Origin: the human T2T-CHM13v2.0 reference genome, Homo sapiens
Assembly (NCBI RefSeq): GCF_009914755.1
Contig: NC_060929.1
DNA length: 64,000 nt
Strand: one strand, 5' to 3'
Shown here: in pieces, positions 1 to 14,114 of the stretch
Layout of the letters: each line of letters opens with the position of its first letter
How positions within the stretch are numbered: position 1 is the stretch's first letter
Made by a program: the position numbers and the translations under genes
The notes under the pieces: model-generated
What the model saw: the letters and a program-made list of their open reading frames with translations, nothing else
What the model was told of the DNA's origin: nothing
Databases searched by the model: none

Positions 1-39
1 GCCAAGCCACCAAGTCAGAGACCAGAAGTATGGGTAAAG

Positions 40-380
40 AGGACACTCTGTTCAGGGACACATGTGGAGAAAAAGAGGTACCTGGGCCACAGAGACCTGT
101 ACACGTCTCCAGCACATGAACGGCCAAAGCACAGCTCAGAGTGAGAAGAATTAGTCAAAGCAGATGATGGAGGGACCAGTATGCACAGTTTGATTTTACC
201 TCTAGAAAACAGGGGCCTTTGAAGGACTTTTAGGCAGGGACTGACATGGCCAGGTTTTAATTTTAGATAGGACACTAATGATTGTGAATCAATTTGAAAG
301 GGGAAAGATGGAGACCCTTGAACTTGTCCAGGAGGCTCACTTCTAAAGTAGGACAGTGGTGGTAGAGTGAAAAACTAGAA
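40..380 (-). mobile_element. L2 LINE fragment(s), highly degraded
   Basis: GAAGGACTTTTAGGCAGGGACTGACATGGCCAGGTTTTAATTTTAGA resembles the antisense L2 3' region; boundaries approximate. Confidence 0.45.
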
Positions 381-987
381 GGGATGTAAAACCAGCAAGT
401 TGCTCCATTCACACCACAATCTCTTCTCTTTCTGAATGGTTATTGGATTATTCACACAACCACCCATCCATAGCCAGTCTCCCCTTTTTTTTCTGTAACA
501 TTAGAGAAGTCAGTATATTTATAGCTAATCACTCTTATCTTTACTGTATCCTCTTCAACTAGTGGCTCTCAAAAACCTTGCACTTAATTACTCTCAGTGT
601 TCTCACTGAAAATTATTATATACTTTTTACCAAAAAAGTACAACATGACCAAAAGTCCAAACAACATGAAAAAGACTAAACTTCCTATGGTTCAGTTATC
701 CCAATTCTGTTTCTTTTGGTGTGTAAGTAAGTACAGATGAGTTCTCTCTTTATCTAGACTGTGCTAGGCAGTTTGGGTACAACTCCACTTTAAGGCATTT
801 TCATTAGCTCCTTTATTATGTCAACTAATGTTAACATAACTAATAGTTAAAACACAATACATTATGTTCCTAGTGAGGGACATTATGTTAACTAATACTT
901 AAAACACAATACAAAAACAAAGTAAACAATGAAAAATAAATACAAAAATACTAAAACATTACACCATTTTCAAAAACATAATGTAAT

Positions 988-1365
988 AGTCAAGACTGGC
1001 ATGACTAGATTTGGGCTGCAAGTAAACAAAAATCACAGTGGTTTAACCAAAAAGGGATTTTTTTTATGACTTAACAGGAAATGCAGAGGGAGGCAGATCA
1101 AGAAAGAAAGACCAGGCTCTGTCCAGCACCCTGCTTTGTCCTCTTAAGCATGAGGCTCTTACCCTCATGGTCATAGTCCGGCTTGTGTATCTTCAGTCAT
1201 CTGTGTGCATGCTTGGCTTTCTCAGCAAAACCAAGAGGGAAGGAAGAAAGCACATGTCCGTTTTTAGCTAGAAAACAATGTTTCCCAGTTAAGCCCATTC
1301 TCTAAACATTTTATTCCATCTCATTGCTCAAAATTAGTTCAAAAGAATCTGGAAAAATGACTACA
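988..1365 (-). mobile_element. Old MaLR LTR (MLT1K/L/N-like), degraded
   Basis: GGCTGCAAGTAAACAAAAATCACAGTGGTTTAA ... CCCTCATGGTC ... CATCTCATTG...AAAATTAGT motifs typical of old MLT1 LTRs. Confidence 0.5.
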
Positions 1366-3308
1366 TGTATCTGCAATACCTTTCAACTCCAATAAAATCA
1401 GGATTCTATTGGAAAAGAAGAATGGATACTGAGTACATAAATTGGCAGTCTGACACCCTGAGAAACGCTGGTATTTGCAGGATGGATGGGATGATAGGAG
1501 CACAGGAAGGGAGTAGAGAGGTGCATTATGAGAAGCACATGGACAAGCCTGAGAGGAATCACAGAAGCATCAAATTCAGCCTCAGTTTCCAATAAGAGGT
1601 TGACAGAAACACGCCAGCTGCATCTCACAATTAGGACACGACTGGTGATGTTTGAATACAAAGGGGACTCTTTCATGAAGGAAGAATTAAAACAATTCAG
1701 TGTATCCAAGAGTGTAGACATTAGAATAAGCAGCATTAATGTACCTGGTAGAAAGATGTGCATAGAAGTTAAGGAGATAACTTGTCCTACAGGGACTGGC
1801 AAAAATAACCAGAGATGGTCTAGCCAGAGAGAGCCTGTGTTGCTGTCTGCGTTATGCTACCTAAGTTTACAAAAATTGTTCCTGCATTAAGAGTCTGATC
1901 TGAGAAAATAAAGGTAACTCTCTTTCTTTTAAAGTTCCCTACCTCTTAAGTAGTGTTACCATCCACCGCAATGGCAGAGAATGAGAAGAGAGCCTCCCTC
2001 CTTCAATTACACATCCTGTCAACATATTTCCTTCCTTTTGCCTCTGGATTAAAGAAATCATATTAACAGCTATAATTGCAAGGCAGGTGGTCAACAGATC
2101 AGATAGGCTGCTTTTACAAAGTGCACACTCTATTTTACCTAGTTCTCTTCATTTGTACCCTAAATAATTTTTTTTGCATATTTTTGTCATATTCTAAAAG
2201 GAACTAGGCTTTGAGACAACATCACCCTTAATTCCTGAGAGCACAGTGGGAACCAAAAAATTGCTTTCGAGTATTCTAATGTCTTTTTTGGTATAAGATG
2301 AGCAATCTTTTAACAAAGAAGAAATTTGCAGAAATATTATATTGATTTTCTTGAAGTTATCCTGCATAAAGTATCCTACCTTCCATGACTCAGAATATTA
2401 ACCAATTATTCAAAGTCCAATTTGTCACCCGAAGCATATTTTGAACCTGGAAATCTTAATAAAGTGTTATGCTACAGATAAAAGTAAACTTACTTTTTTT
2501 GTTTTATCTCAATACAAGTCAACTACCTCCCAGATTTTGAGTCTGTTAAAATTTGTCAAATGTGGATCATTGATTTCTTTAGCCTGACATAGTAACTAAA
2601 TGGAAACTTTGTCAATTAACTGTTCTCAGAGATGCCTACAATATGGATAGTGTCATGGATTTGAGCTCTTAGGTAAAGTACCTTTCTACTCAGAACGTAT
2701 TTTTTCTCTTTATCATGTTTAAAGACAAATACCTTGAAATCTAATATCTGTATGGTCTCACATTTAACTGAATTTATCATATTCAACTGAATCCCTTTGG
2801 TAAAACTAAATCCAGTTTTGATAAACAAAAGTTCTATCTAAAAACCTGTTAGATTAAAATCTATAAAATGAATGCCACATTCTAGTGCTGTCCCTGCTCA
2901 AGTACACATGTTCCTTTGAGGGGGTCTGGACATCCTATTAGGTGAGAAATAATTATAGAAATGATGAATATATGTGATAATGTTCAGATCTTGGAGGACA
3001 CTAGGGGTTCTCCAAATACTGATTATTAAGCGGAAGAAGTCGTAAGAAAGAAAAAGAAAGGATGGATTTCAGCATATTGTGAAGGACTTCCTACTATTAG
3101 GAATGGTGGTGAGTTTAACTTTAATTAAATACTGAATTCCTTTTCACTTAAAGGGTTTAAACACTTGAAACCCAACAATGTTTCAATGATCCATCAATCA
3201 ACCAACTGATAATAAGAAAGCCACCTCTTTGTCATCCCAGGAGACATCATTCACATTTTTGTCTGCATGAATGACATTCCACCAGCCCGGCTCTGTAAAA
3301 TAGTTTAG

Positions 3309-3690
<382 letters not shown>

Positions 3691-4639
3691 AAGAGAGCCA
3701 ATTTTAAGGAGGGAGGGATACCACTTGGCTATTCATCAGACCCAGGGTATAAAACAAAAGAAATTGGTTAGAATTTCAAGATTTCAAAATTGTGTGACCA
3801 CATGAATGATGCAGCTTTTACAGAGAGGGGATTTAGAACAAGGACTCCATTTTGGAAGAAGGCAAGAATAAATAATGCTACTGGATGATGACATGAAGTC
3901 TCCACATTGGAAGCCTAATGGAAATTGTGTACACGTTTCGTCAGTCCACTAAGACTGAAACCTTATTGAAAGTCCTGACTCTCTCATGCCTTTTATTCTA
4001 CACGCAACTCGTGCTGAAGAGTTTTCACAAAGTAGAACTTAAAACACACTTACTGAATTGAACTAATCATGTTTTACATCATGTATTGGTTTCTCTCAAC
4101 ATACATCTCGCCAGACTCTTGGTGTGAAAATTGTATTATTGGCATGAACAAGGCACTGGAAACCTGCATTAACTTCTGCCAGCCACTAGAATACCACTCA
4201 GAAAATTACAGCTTCCATGGCTAAAATGAGTTAATATCCTGCCAAATAGAAAGAAATGTGTTCTCTCCATGTTGCCAACAGATTAACTTAAATGCCTGTG
4301 GCAAAGACCACTGAGCCCATTCAATCAGGATTATATTTGACCAAAGTTGTAATTTCATCAAAGGACATTGTAAACAAGAGCAGAAGCAAGATTCCCATTT
4401 GACATAATTAGAAGTATGCTTAGATATGAAACTTAAATCTTAGGAGAGAGAGAGTAAAATATTACAGAACATAAGGCTTGAGCTGTGTATGTAATAAGAG
4501 ATGACTTCAAATTTCAACCATGGAACTGTCTTCATTGTAAATGTTTGGCTGATATACAAAATATTATTACATTATTTATTTAAGCCAAGTTTGAGTTCTC
4601 ATATGTACTATAGTCAGTGTTCAAGAAGTGTTTATTAAA

Positions 4640-6570
4640 TGGACGTCATGCATTCATCTATTCCGTGAATACATATTGCAAATCATGAAGCTTACTGTTT
4701 AGTGAGGGAAATTAAAAAACAATTCTATACATACACAAATGTGTATATTTACAAATTGTGAATGTGTTAGTAGAAAATCCAGCGTGGCTCCTCAGTTGGA
4801 AGCCAGGTGAATGCATAGCAGGTTTCTATTCTATACTGAAAAGATATGAGAGCAAAGACTTTTCACAACGTTGTCATGTCTCAGCACGTAGTACAATGCC
4901 AGGCACACAGAACATTGGAATTTGGACAGAAATTAGAAGACTAAGTAAGAATTAACCAGGTAAAGTCTAGGGCTAGGCACCAGTACACTGAAAGAACCAT
5001 CCAGGTCAAGGCAACTTGTGAAACATTACAAGATGAGTAGGAAAATCAGGCATTTGAGGAACTTACAGAAACACCAAAGTAGTGGGGGGTGGGGGGGCGG
5101 GGGCGAGGCATAGAGGGGAAGCAAAGAGAAAAGCAATAAGACATGAAGGAGATCATGCCTGGCTTTACAGCTCACCTCAAAGATTTTGATCATTATCTTG
5201 AGAACAGCAGGAAATGCTTCAATGTTTTTAAGGAGTAAAGCAGCATTATCGGATTTGCTTCTGTAAAAACACGACTTTAGTTACAGGGCAGAATAGGTAG
5301 ATTGGAAGGTAACTAAAGAGATGTAGTAAGGAAGCTGTTGCAGCCAAGCCGTGATGGTAGCTCAGGCTAGAGTGGTGGCAATGGGGATAAAGAGAAATGA
5401 ATAGATTTGGGAACTAATAAGTAAAATCTAATTGCTAGTGTGTAGTGGACATTATGTTTTGACAGTTACAAACAAAGTAACTTCCTTTGAAGAGCTAAGA
5501 TTCTAGTTTAAGGAAAAAAAATACATGTATCAACAATAGCACCTTAAGAGACATTTATAAGCATAAGAAATTAAAAATACCAATATGATAAATGACAATA
5601 GGAATGGGTGAGCCTTTAGATAAGGTGTTCAGGGAAAGTTTCTTTAAGGGGGAAGTGTTTGAGATGAGAAATGAATGAAGAATAGAATATTTCTATGGAA
5701 AGAATTAGAGACAAGATATTCCAGGCAGAAGTAAGAGCAAGTGCAGAGATCTTGTGATAGAAGTTCTCTTGTTTTATTCAAAGAATGGCAAGCAGGCCAG
5801 TATAGGTGGTACAAAGCACAGGAGGACGTTGAAGGAGATGTGGTCAGAGACGTAGTGTTCACAGCAACAGGAAACACAGAAGACTGAGTTTGGGATGGGA
5901 GGTCATTGGTGCCGTTTTAGACATGTTGAGTTTGAGGCACCTTTGAAACATCTAAAGAGAAACTTTTCAATAAGCACAATGTGGATTTGCAAAATTGGAG
6001 CTAAGAGATAAAAATATCCATTTCAGGGTTCTTATCATACAGATGGTAGTTTAAACTACGGATGTGAATAAGATACACTAGGGAGAATACACAGAAAACA
6101 GAAGGGAGCAAAGAATCTTGGAGTCTTAAGGAATTTTAACACTCAACAGCCAGGCAGAGGGAAATGAGCCTGCAGAGGAAAGATGTAGCTTGAAAGGGAA
6201 CCCCACATAGCTGCCCCGAAGCCCAAGGATGGGAATAGTTCAAGGAGAGTGGCCAAGAGCGTCAGTTGCTACTGTGAAGCAAAACTCATAGAGATGGATT
6301 TCGTGATAAGGATTTCACTGGTGGTTTTAAAGAATCTTTTGCTGAAGTAAAGAGAAAAAGCCAGATTAAAGTGGACTGAGGAGTGAGGAGGGAATGGAAA
6401 GTGATAAAGTGTTGCCACTTGGGTAGACAAGTTTTCTGAGAATTTTGGATGTGAGGATAAAGTTTTCAAAGGTAGAAGTTAGAAGAAAAAAAATATTCTT
6501 AGGTGTTTTCCTTGGTTTTTTATTTTTGAAAAGGAGGAAATTTAAGTATATTTGGATGCTGAGAAGAAAC
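4640..6570 (-). mobile_element. Cluster of L2 LINE fragments
   Basis: CATTCATCTATTCCGTGAATACATATTG (L2 tail, antisense), GTTTTAGACATGTTGAGTTTGAGGCACCT, AAGATTTTGATCATTATCTTGAGAACAGCAGGAAA; boundaries approximate. Confidence 0.65.
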
Positions 6571-6814
6571 ATCAGAATATACAGTCAGAGAAATTAAAGC
6601 AAAGGTCCTACTCATATAGAAGGAGACATTTTCTCAGTCTTGTTATTAATTGAAAATTTTAACAATTACTTATTGTGAGCATATACAAATTCTAGGCAAA
6701 ACAGTGTTTTGTGTATACAAATTCCTATTTTCATTATTATAATAATTTTATTTTCTTCATATTGTTAGAACATTCTAACAAAATTAAGTGGGAAGTTTAC
6801 ACATTCAATATTTA

Positions 6815-6857
6815 GTGTGTATATATATACATACATACATATATGTATATATATGTG
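6815..6857. repeat. (TA/TG/CA)n microsatellite
   Basis: GTGTGTATATATATACATACATACATATATGTATATATATGTG. Confidence 0.85.
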
Positions 6858-8241
6858 ATTATAGATTTGACCTTTATTCACTATTTTATCATGACATTCG
6901 ACACCATGCATTCATTTTAAACAGGGATCTTTTATTAAAAGTTTCATTCATTTTGACATTTTCTTTTCAGCAATTAAAAATACAGGAAAAAAACACTCTA
7001 AATGTATTTCAGTTAGCTGTTTTTACCAAAGAAATTTAATTTGAAAAAAGTAATTCACAGACATAGTCACTACATCTTCATAATGGTATTATGGTTTGTA
7101 TGACTAAAAATGAATGAATAGGAAAATTAGAAATTTCATTCAGTTGACTCTCGACATTAAATGTTGTAGTCTGAAAAGAGATAGTGTTCAAATATCTAAT
7201 ATAAGATATTCAAATACCGAAATCATCAATTTAAAAAAACAATGTACCGTATGTATATTATTCCTACAAAATCAGTATACAATTTACAATTAGTATTATT
7301 GTTTTCTCTCTTGCAAAGATATAAGATAACATTGAAAATATATATGATGCAAATTATTTTGAGCCTTGCCTGAGAAGATAAAGTTTGAATTCCATACTAT
7401 ATCACAGTGAAAATCCTCTGAAATGTTTGTTCAGCAAACAGAAAGTACATGATAAGGTGTGAGGTTGGTTGGACCCTTAAAGATTAATTCAATGTTCAAT
7501 CATTCAAGAAATATTTGAGTGTCTCCTACATATCAAACAACGTTTTAAAAGGTGAACCATAGGCCAAAAGCCTGAAACCTCCCTATTTCAAATCATGAAA
7601 TTTAAGTCACTCCTCTGCATACTGATTCCTCTATCCAAAAAAGAATGTTGTAGGTATTTCTTGAGAGCATTCTGTAAGACTCTAGGTAGAACAAACAGGT
7701 AGTAAATATGGTATACTCAAAAATAAAGGAATTAGGAAAGCATTGGAGATTCAAGAAGCAAATACATCACTCAAGGATAATAAAGAATATGTTTGTTAAG
7801 GAAACTTGCAGGAGATACTCAATGATTACACGCATCCACACACACAAACACAGCTATTGCTTTCCTATGATTGTCAGATCTGACTAATGCAGAATTTTAT
7901 TTCAGGTATTTTTCCCAATGATTGGCCAATGCCACGTGCTAGAGGTATAATCAGGTAGTCCACCAGAGACACAATAGCGGTTACCAGGAGCGAGGACTTG
8001 TGTGGCTCAAATTCTAGCAGTTCACAGGTAAAGAACTGTCATTGAAAAGACCAATCAAATAATCCCAGTAAAAAGTGGGCAAAGGACATAAACAGACATT
8101 TTTCAAAGGAAGACCTACAAATGGCCAGCAAGTGCATGAAAAAATGCTCAGCATCACTAATCATCAGATAAATGCAAATGAAACCACAATGATATATCAT
8201 CTTATGCCAGTCAGAATAGTTACTATTAAAAAGTCAAGGCC

Positions 8242-8586
<345 letters not shown>

Positions 8587-8611
8587 TTATACACTACTGG
8601 TGGGAATGTAA

Positions 8612-9067
<456 letters not shown>

Positions 9068-9102
9068 TAAGTGTCCATCAACAGATGACTGGATAAATGT
9101 GG

Positions 9103-9680
9103 TGTACATATATATACATACACACATATAAATAAAAGAAAATGCAGTATATATACACATATATATTTTATATACACATGCATATATATTTTATATATAT
9201 GTATAAACACACACCAGATGTGTGTGTGTATATATACATTTATGTGCCATAGAATACTACTCAGGAAAACCATATACATATATATGTGTATATACATATA
9301 TAAACCATATACATATATTATGTGCCATGGAATACTAAGGCAAACCATATACATATATGTGTGTATACACTACATATATGTATATGTAGCATATATACAC
9401 ATATATAATAACATATACACATAACATACACACACACACACACACACACACTACTCAGGCAAACCATGGTTTGCCTCAGTATTCCATGGCACATGGATGT
9501 AGTATACATACATACATATATATGTAGTATACATATGCATACTATATGCTATACATATATACATATCTACATACATACATAACATATATACCTATATACT
9601 ATATATATATATACACCATACAAATATACATATGCTACATGCATGTATATATACACACACACATCACATATATATGAGAC
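9103..9680. repeat. Complex (TA/CA/TG)n microsatellite with embedded duplicated L1 motif
   Basis: About 580 bp of alternating purine-pyrimidine runs interspersed with CCATGGAATACTACTCAGG(C/A)AAACCA-like units. Confidence 0.92.
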
Positions 9681-11448
9681 ATGGAAACTCAGGCAAACAA
9701 AAGAATGAAATCATTCATGTCTTTTGCAGCAACATGGAACTGGACGCCAATACCATAAGTGAAATAACTCAGAAACAGAAAGTCAAATACCACGTATTTT
9801 CACTTATAAGTGGGAGCTAAAAGATGTGTACACATGGACATGGTGAAATAATAGACATTGAAGACTCAGAAGGGTACAGGGTGGAATGGGGATAAGGGAT
9901 GAGAAATGACTTAGTGGTTACACTGCACATTATTCACATGATGGCTATTCTCAAATCTCAAACTTCACCACTGCACAATATATCCACATAACAAAACTGT
10001 ACTTGTACCCTCTAAATTTATGCAAATAAAAAAAGAGAAGACCAGTCAAGTCATGATATAAATTTGTAGAAGAGGATAAACTGCAGATTTAGCAGAGAAA
10101 AAGGTGGTAGAGCAATTCTGCTCACTGTGACCACTATGTGGGTGGCATTTGGCCTCAAGACCAGAGAAAACCTTAGGTGGTTTCATCTCTGATGCTGGAA
10201 AGTATAAGGAGAAATTCACCCCTTTCAGGTTGGAAATTTTCCCTGAAATTTTAACTGAGACAAATCCAAACTTGAAAGAAGCTTAAAAGAGTCAGGCTTA
10301 GAGATGTAATCTACATAATTTTTAAACTGTGTGGAAATATACAGTTAGAAAGAAATTCACCCAGGACCTTGAAATACTTGCACATAAAATATTCTTCAGT
10401 CGATGGGATATATTCACAAGTTTAAACATAGGCACACACACAGACCAATAGAGAAAGACCATTTACCATTGTATGCCACAGTGAGACTTTAATAGCTGCA
10501 AGTATTTTATGAATATTTCTGAAGGATTGAACTGTTTGTCACAGTGTTGACATGAAATCATTCAAAGTTTCCTCTGTAGTAATGAATACTAGCAAAAATT
10601 AAGCACAAAGCAATGAACTGACAGCACCAATATTTCTCCATATACTTTCTGTTAATCATTATTCACTAGTTACATTTTCTTTTTTTGATAACTCACAAAT
10701 CCAAAAAAATGCAAGCACACCCACAGACACTGATGATTAATGATAGGTCCAGATATTGTAAGGTTAAAGAACAAATGATTAACCACTTCATCATTGCCCT
10801 GCTGATTTTGAGAATGATGTCAGTGTGAAGGATTCTCTGAAAACAAACAAACATTATCATCAACTGGTTTCAGGCAAACTGTGGTTCTTCTAAACCTGTG
10901 GTCCTAAATATTGACTTTTTAAAAGGTATCAGGTATAACAAGTGACCTCAGAGGACTCAGTTACTGTGAGCTACAGCCTAAATCCCAGAGTGACTCAAAT
11001 CAGGGAAACGTCTAAACTCTGGGTAATCTCCAGCGAGAACAATCACTTCTAAAGAATCTGTGCAAAGTGCCTGCCTCAGACTTTGGTTCATGTTTATAAT
11101 CCAAGTAATGCAGACATGACAGTTTCTTATGTCTAATGTGCAAGGTTAAAAAGAAAAGCGAGTTTATTTAAAACGTACTAAGTGGTCTAAGGAAAAAGAA
11201 ACAGCACATTTTTATGTTTATGGAGTCCTAATAGTTTAATTGTACTCTATGGAAAGCTTATATCTGTATATCAAATATTCATGTCTTTGACATAATTCCA
11301 TATATTCTAACTACCTTCACCCACACTACACTTTGTGCTATATCTTGTGTATTTTGTTTTTATGTCATTTCCAAGTTCTTAGCTTTTTGCATTGAGGATT
11401 AAGATAAGTATTTAAAAATTGCTAGAGGCACTAACCCTAGCCATTTTC

Positions 11449-11975
11449 TTTTTTTATTATACTTTAAGTTCTGGGATACATGTGCAGAACATGCAGGTTA
11501 CATAGGTATACATGTGCCATGGTGGCTCGCTGCACCCATCATCTGTGTTTTAAACCCCACATGTGTTAGGTATTTCTCCTAATGCTATCCCTCCCCTTGC
11601 TTCCCCCACCCCTCGACAGGCCCCAGTGTGTCATGTTCCCCTCCCTGTGTCCATGTGTTCTCACTGTTCAACTCCCACTTATGAGTGAGAACATGCGGTG
11701 TTTGGTTTTCCATTCCTGTGTTAGTTTGCTGAGAATTATGGTTTCCAGCTTCATCCATGTTCCTGCAAAGGACATGAACTCATTCTTTTTTATGGCTGCA
11801 TAGTATTCCATGGTATATATGTGACACATTTTCTTTATCCAATTTATCAGTGATGGGCATTTGGGTTGGCTCCAAATCTTTGCTATTGTAAATAGTGCTG
11901 CAATAAACACATATGTGCCTGTGTCTTTAGAGAATGATTTATAATCCTTTAGGTATATACCCAGTAATGGGATTG
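11449..11975 (-). mobile_element. 5'-truncated L1PA (L1PA7/8-like) 3' end
   Basis: ORF 11668..11910 is the L1 ORF2 C-terminus (MFIAALFTIAK...YTMEYYAAIKKNEFMSFAGTWMKLE); TSD ACCCTAGCCATTTTC (11434-11448) / ACCCCTACCATTTTC (11976-11990). Confidence 0.95.
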
Positions 11976-13176
11976 ACCCCTACCATTTTCATCACAGTTA
12001 TTCAATCTTTATCAAAAACTTATGGTAATAATACTCTTTGACTAAAATTATAATCTAGTCTTAGCACTCTGAATTTTATAATGACTAGTTACTTAAACCA
12101 AGTCCGTAATTTTCTTAGTTAACATATGTATATATTTATAAATTTTTCCCCAAAAATACATAAGACATAATTTTAACTTTCTTCTAAAGCTCTATCCAAA
12201 TAGTCAGATTTTATGTGTATCTTGGTTGTTTTTAAAGTGTAAAGCTCTTTAGCTTACAAATACATCATCCTAACAGACTGCCATCCTCCAAGATTGGAGG
12301 ATTTTATGGAACTTACTTCAAAATACTTCTGAAATTCTTGGGATTAATAGTGGCTGCTTTGGACAACAGGCAGAGTTAAGAGGTATAAGAAATACTTTTA
12401 TTTACGTTTTTATTTCTGTATGTATTGCCACCCGGGAGCCCTGGCAGAAGAAAGGTGTTATAGAAATATAATTTATTAATAATAATTTGTTTCAGGACGG
12501 TTTACAATGAAAAGGGAAGAGGAAAGGATCTGTGAAAACCCACAAAATTCCTTGAGAAGGTGGCTTACTAGCAGTGTTAAGTATTTACAACCAGAATAAA
12601 AGGATAGCTCTCACAACTGTTTTTATGAGCAAAGAACTGCATTGGTAGCTCCTAGCCAGGCTTGACAGCTTCTTTGGAGCAGACTAAGTAATTTTCTGTG
12701 GTACAAATTCACTAGACCAATTTCTGTCTCACCCAACAAACAATGGCAGATTACCCAAGCCCTTATCGGCTAAATGCCTCACTTTCCCCTTACTCATACA
12801 ACTTCTTTAGAAAAAAGGAAATCTGATACAAGGATGATTTAGAAATAGTCATTTGAACTCGAGCAACTCGTTTATTTGAATAAGTCATGCAAAGACCAGG
12901 AAATATTTATTCTTCCTGTATCAGAAATAAGTCAGACCTTTGTTGATATAGGGTATCCAGATTAAAAAGGATGTGAGGCAGCTTGCATTGTTCCCTACAT
13001 AAATAGCAAAAATGTGGAAAATATTTCCAGTGACAAAAATTTAAGAGAAGTTTGTTGGCTTAGCCAAGAGTAAAAAACTTTAAGAATTTGCCAAATGTAA
13101 GTATAGAAATTACTTTCTTTTCTGGGAGAGGGAAGGAACATTTATAATTAATTTAACTTTGGAGCATTCAGTTAGA

Positions 13177-13349
13177 GGCATGGTTCTCAACCCTGGTTGC
13201 TCATCACAATACCTGGGGAGCTTTAAAAAAACACTGATCCCTAAAGTGCATTCACAATAATTCTAGGGTAATGAGGGGTACCCAGGTATGTGTAGTTTGT
13301 AAAAGCTCTCCAGATGTTTTCAATATGTAGCCAGGGTTGGAAACCAGTG
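13177..13349. mobile_element. MER5A-like hAT-Charlie MITE
   Basis: Terminal inverted repeats TGGTTCTCAACCCTGG (13181-13196) / CCAGGGTTGGAAACCA (13331-13346); internal CCTGGGGAGCTTTAAAAAA. Confidence 0.85.
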
Positions 13350-13552
13350 AATTAAAGACTATTTACATAGTTGAAAACAGCTGAGATTATCAGGGAATTA
13401 AAGAAGACATTTTAGGTTATTTTATTTTGTTTGTTTTTTTTACAAACCAGGGCATTGATCAACATCAAAATCACCTGGATTGCAGTGGTAACTACCCAGG
13501 ACAGGCCCACTTTCCACACCTCTCATCCAAAGCAAAGCTCCCCATGACAATT

Positions 13553-14114
13553 TGACAATGACTATTTCCTTGACCAAACTTCAGTCAGGTCTCTGAGCGC
13601 TCTTCTCAAGTAGGTCTCAGCTTTGATCCCTGCCCCACCCCAACCCCTGCAGCCCATCCCCTCATCCTTGCTGGGCCTACATAACACAGCAGCAAACTTT
13701 TAACAAGAAACCTGTTCAGCCTGCTAGAGAGAATCCCCCCACACTTCATATCCAATCCCCTTCATTCAAATTCTACATCCCCCAACTCCCATCCATCCCT
13801 CATATTCGGTCACCCTGGCCTGCCTTCAGAAAGAATTCTATTAGGTCAGTTCAGCGAGAATTCCCCCAGTTCTCGCTACCTTTGATGTCTCCTCTTGTTC
13901 ATTTTCCATCCACTGATTATTTCCCCCACCACTCACCCTCCACACCCTGACAACCTGCTCCTTGGCTATAAATTCCTATTTGATCTTGTTGTCTTCAGAG
14001 TTGAGCCTGTACTCTCTCTACTCTATTGCAATCGTCTTGACACTCATCACAGTAGTCCTGAATAAAGTCTTCCTTACCATTTTCACAAGTGTCAGAATAA
14101 TTCTTTCTTTAGCA
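13553..14114 (+). mobile_element. Solo ERV1 LTR (MER31/MER67-like)
   Basis: TG...CA termini; start TGACAATGACTATTTCCTTGACCAAACTTCAGTCAGG; TATAAA at 13967 and AATAAA at 14061. Confidence 0.8.

Noticed and set aside
1398-1890. Overlapping 134-aa (-) and 120-aa (+) ORFs in unique DNA
   Set aside because: No recognisable homology or convincing splice/Kozak context; lengths are compatible with chance.
7915-7936. ER stress element (ERSE / ERSE-II)
   Set aside because: Spacing is N12, or N1 with the wrong CCAAT orientation; it matches neither consensus.
9242-9705. Repeat-spacer pattern superficially like a CRISPR array
   Set aside because: Primate DNA; the repeats are L1-derived, the spacers are microsatellite, and there are no cas genes.
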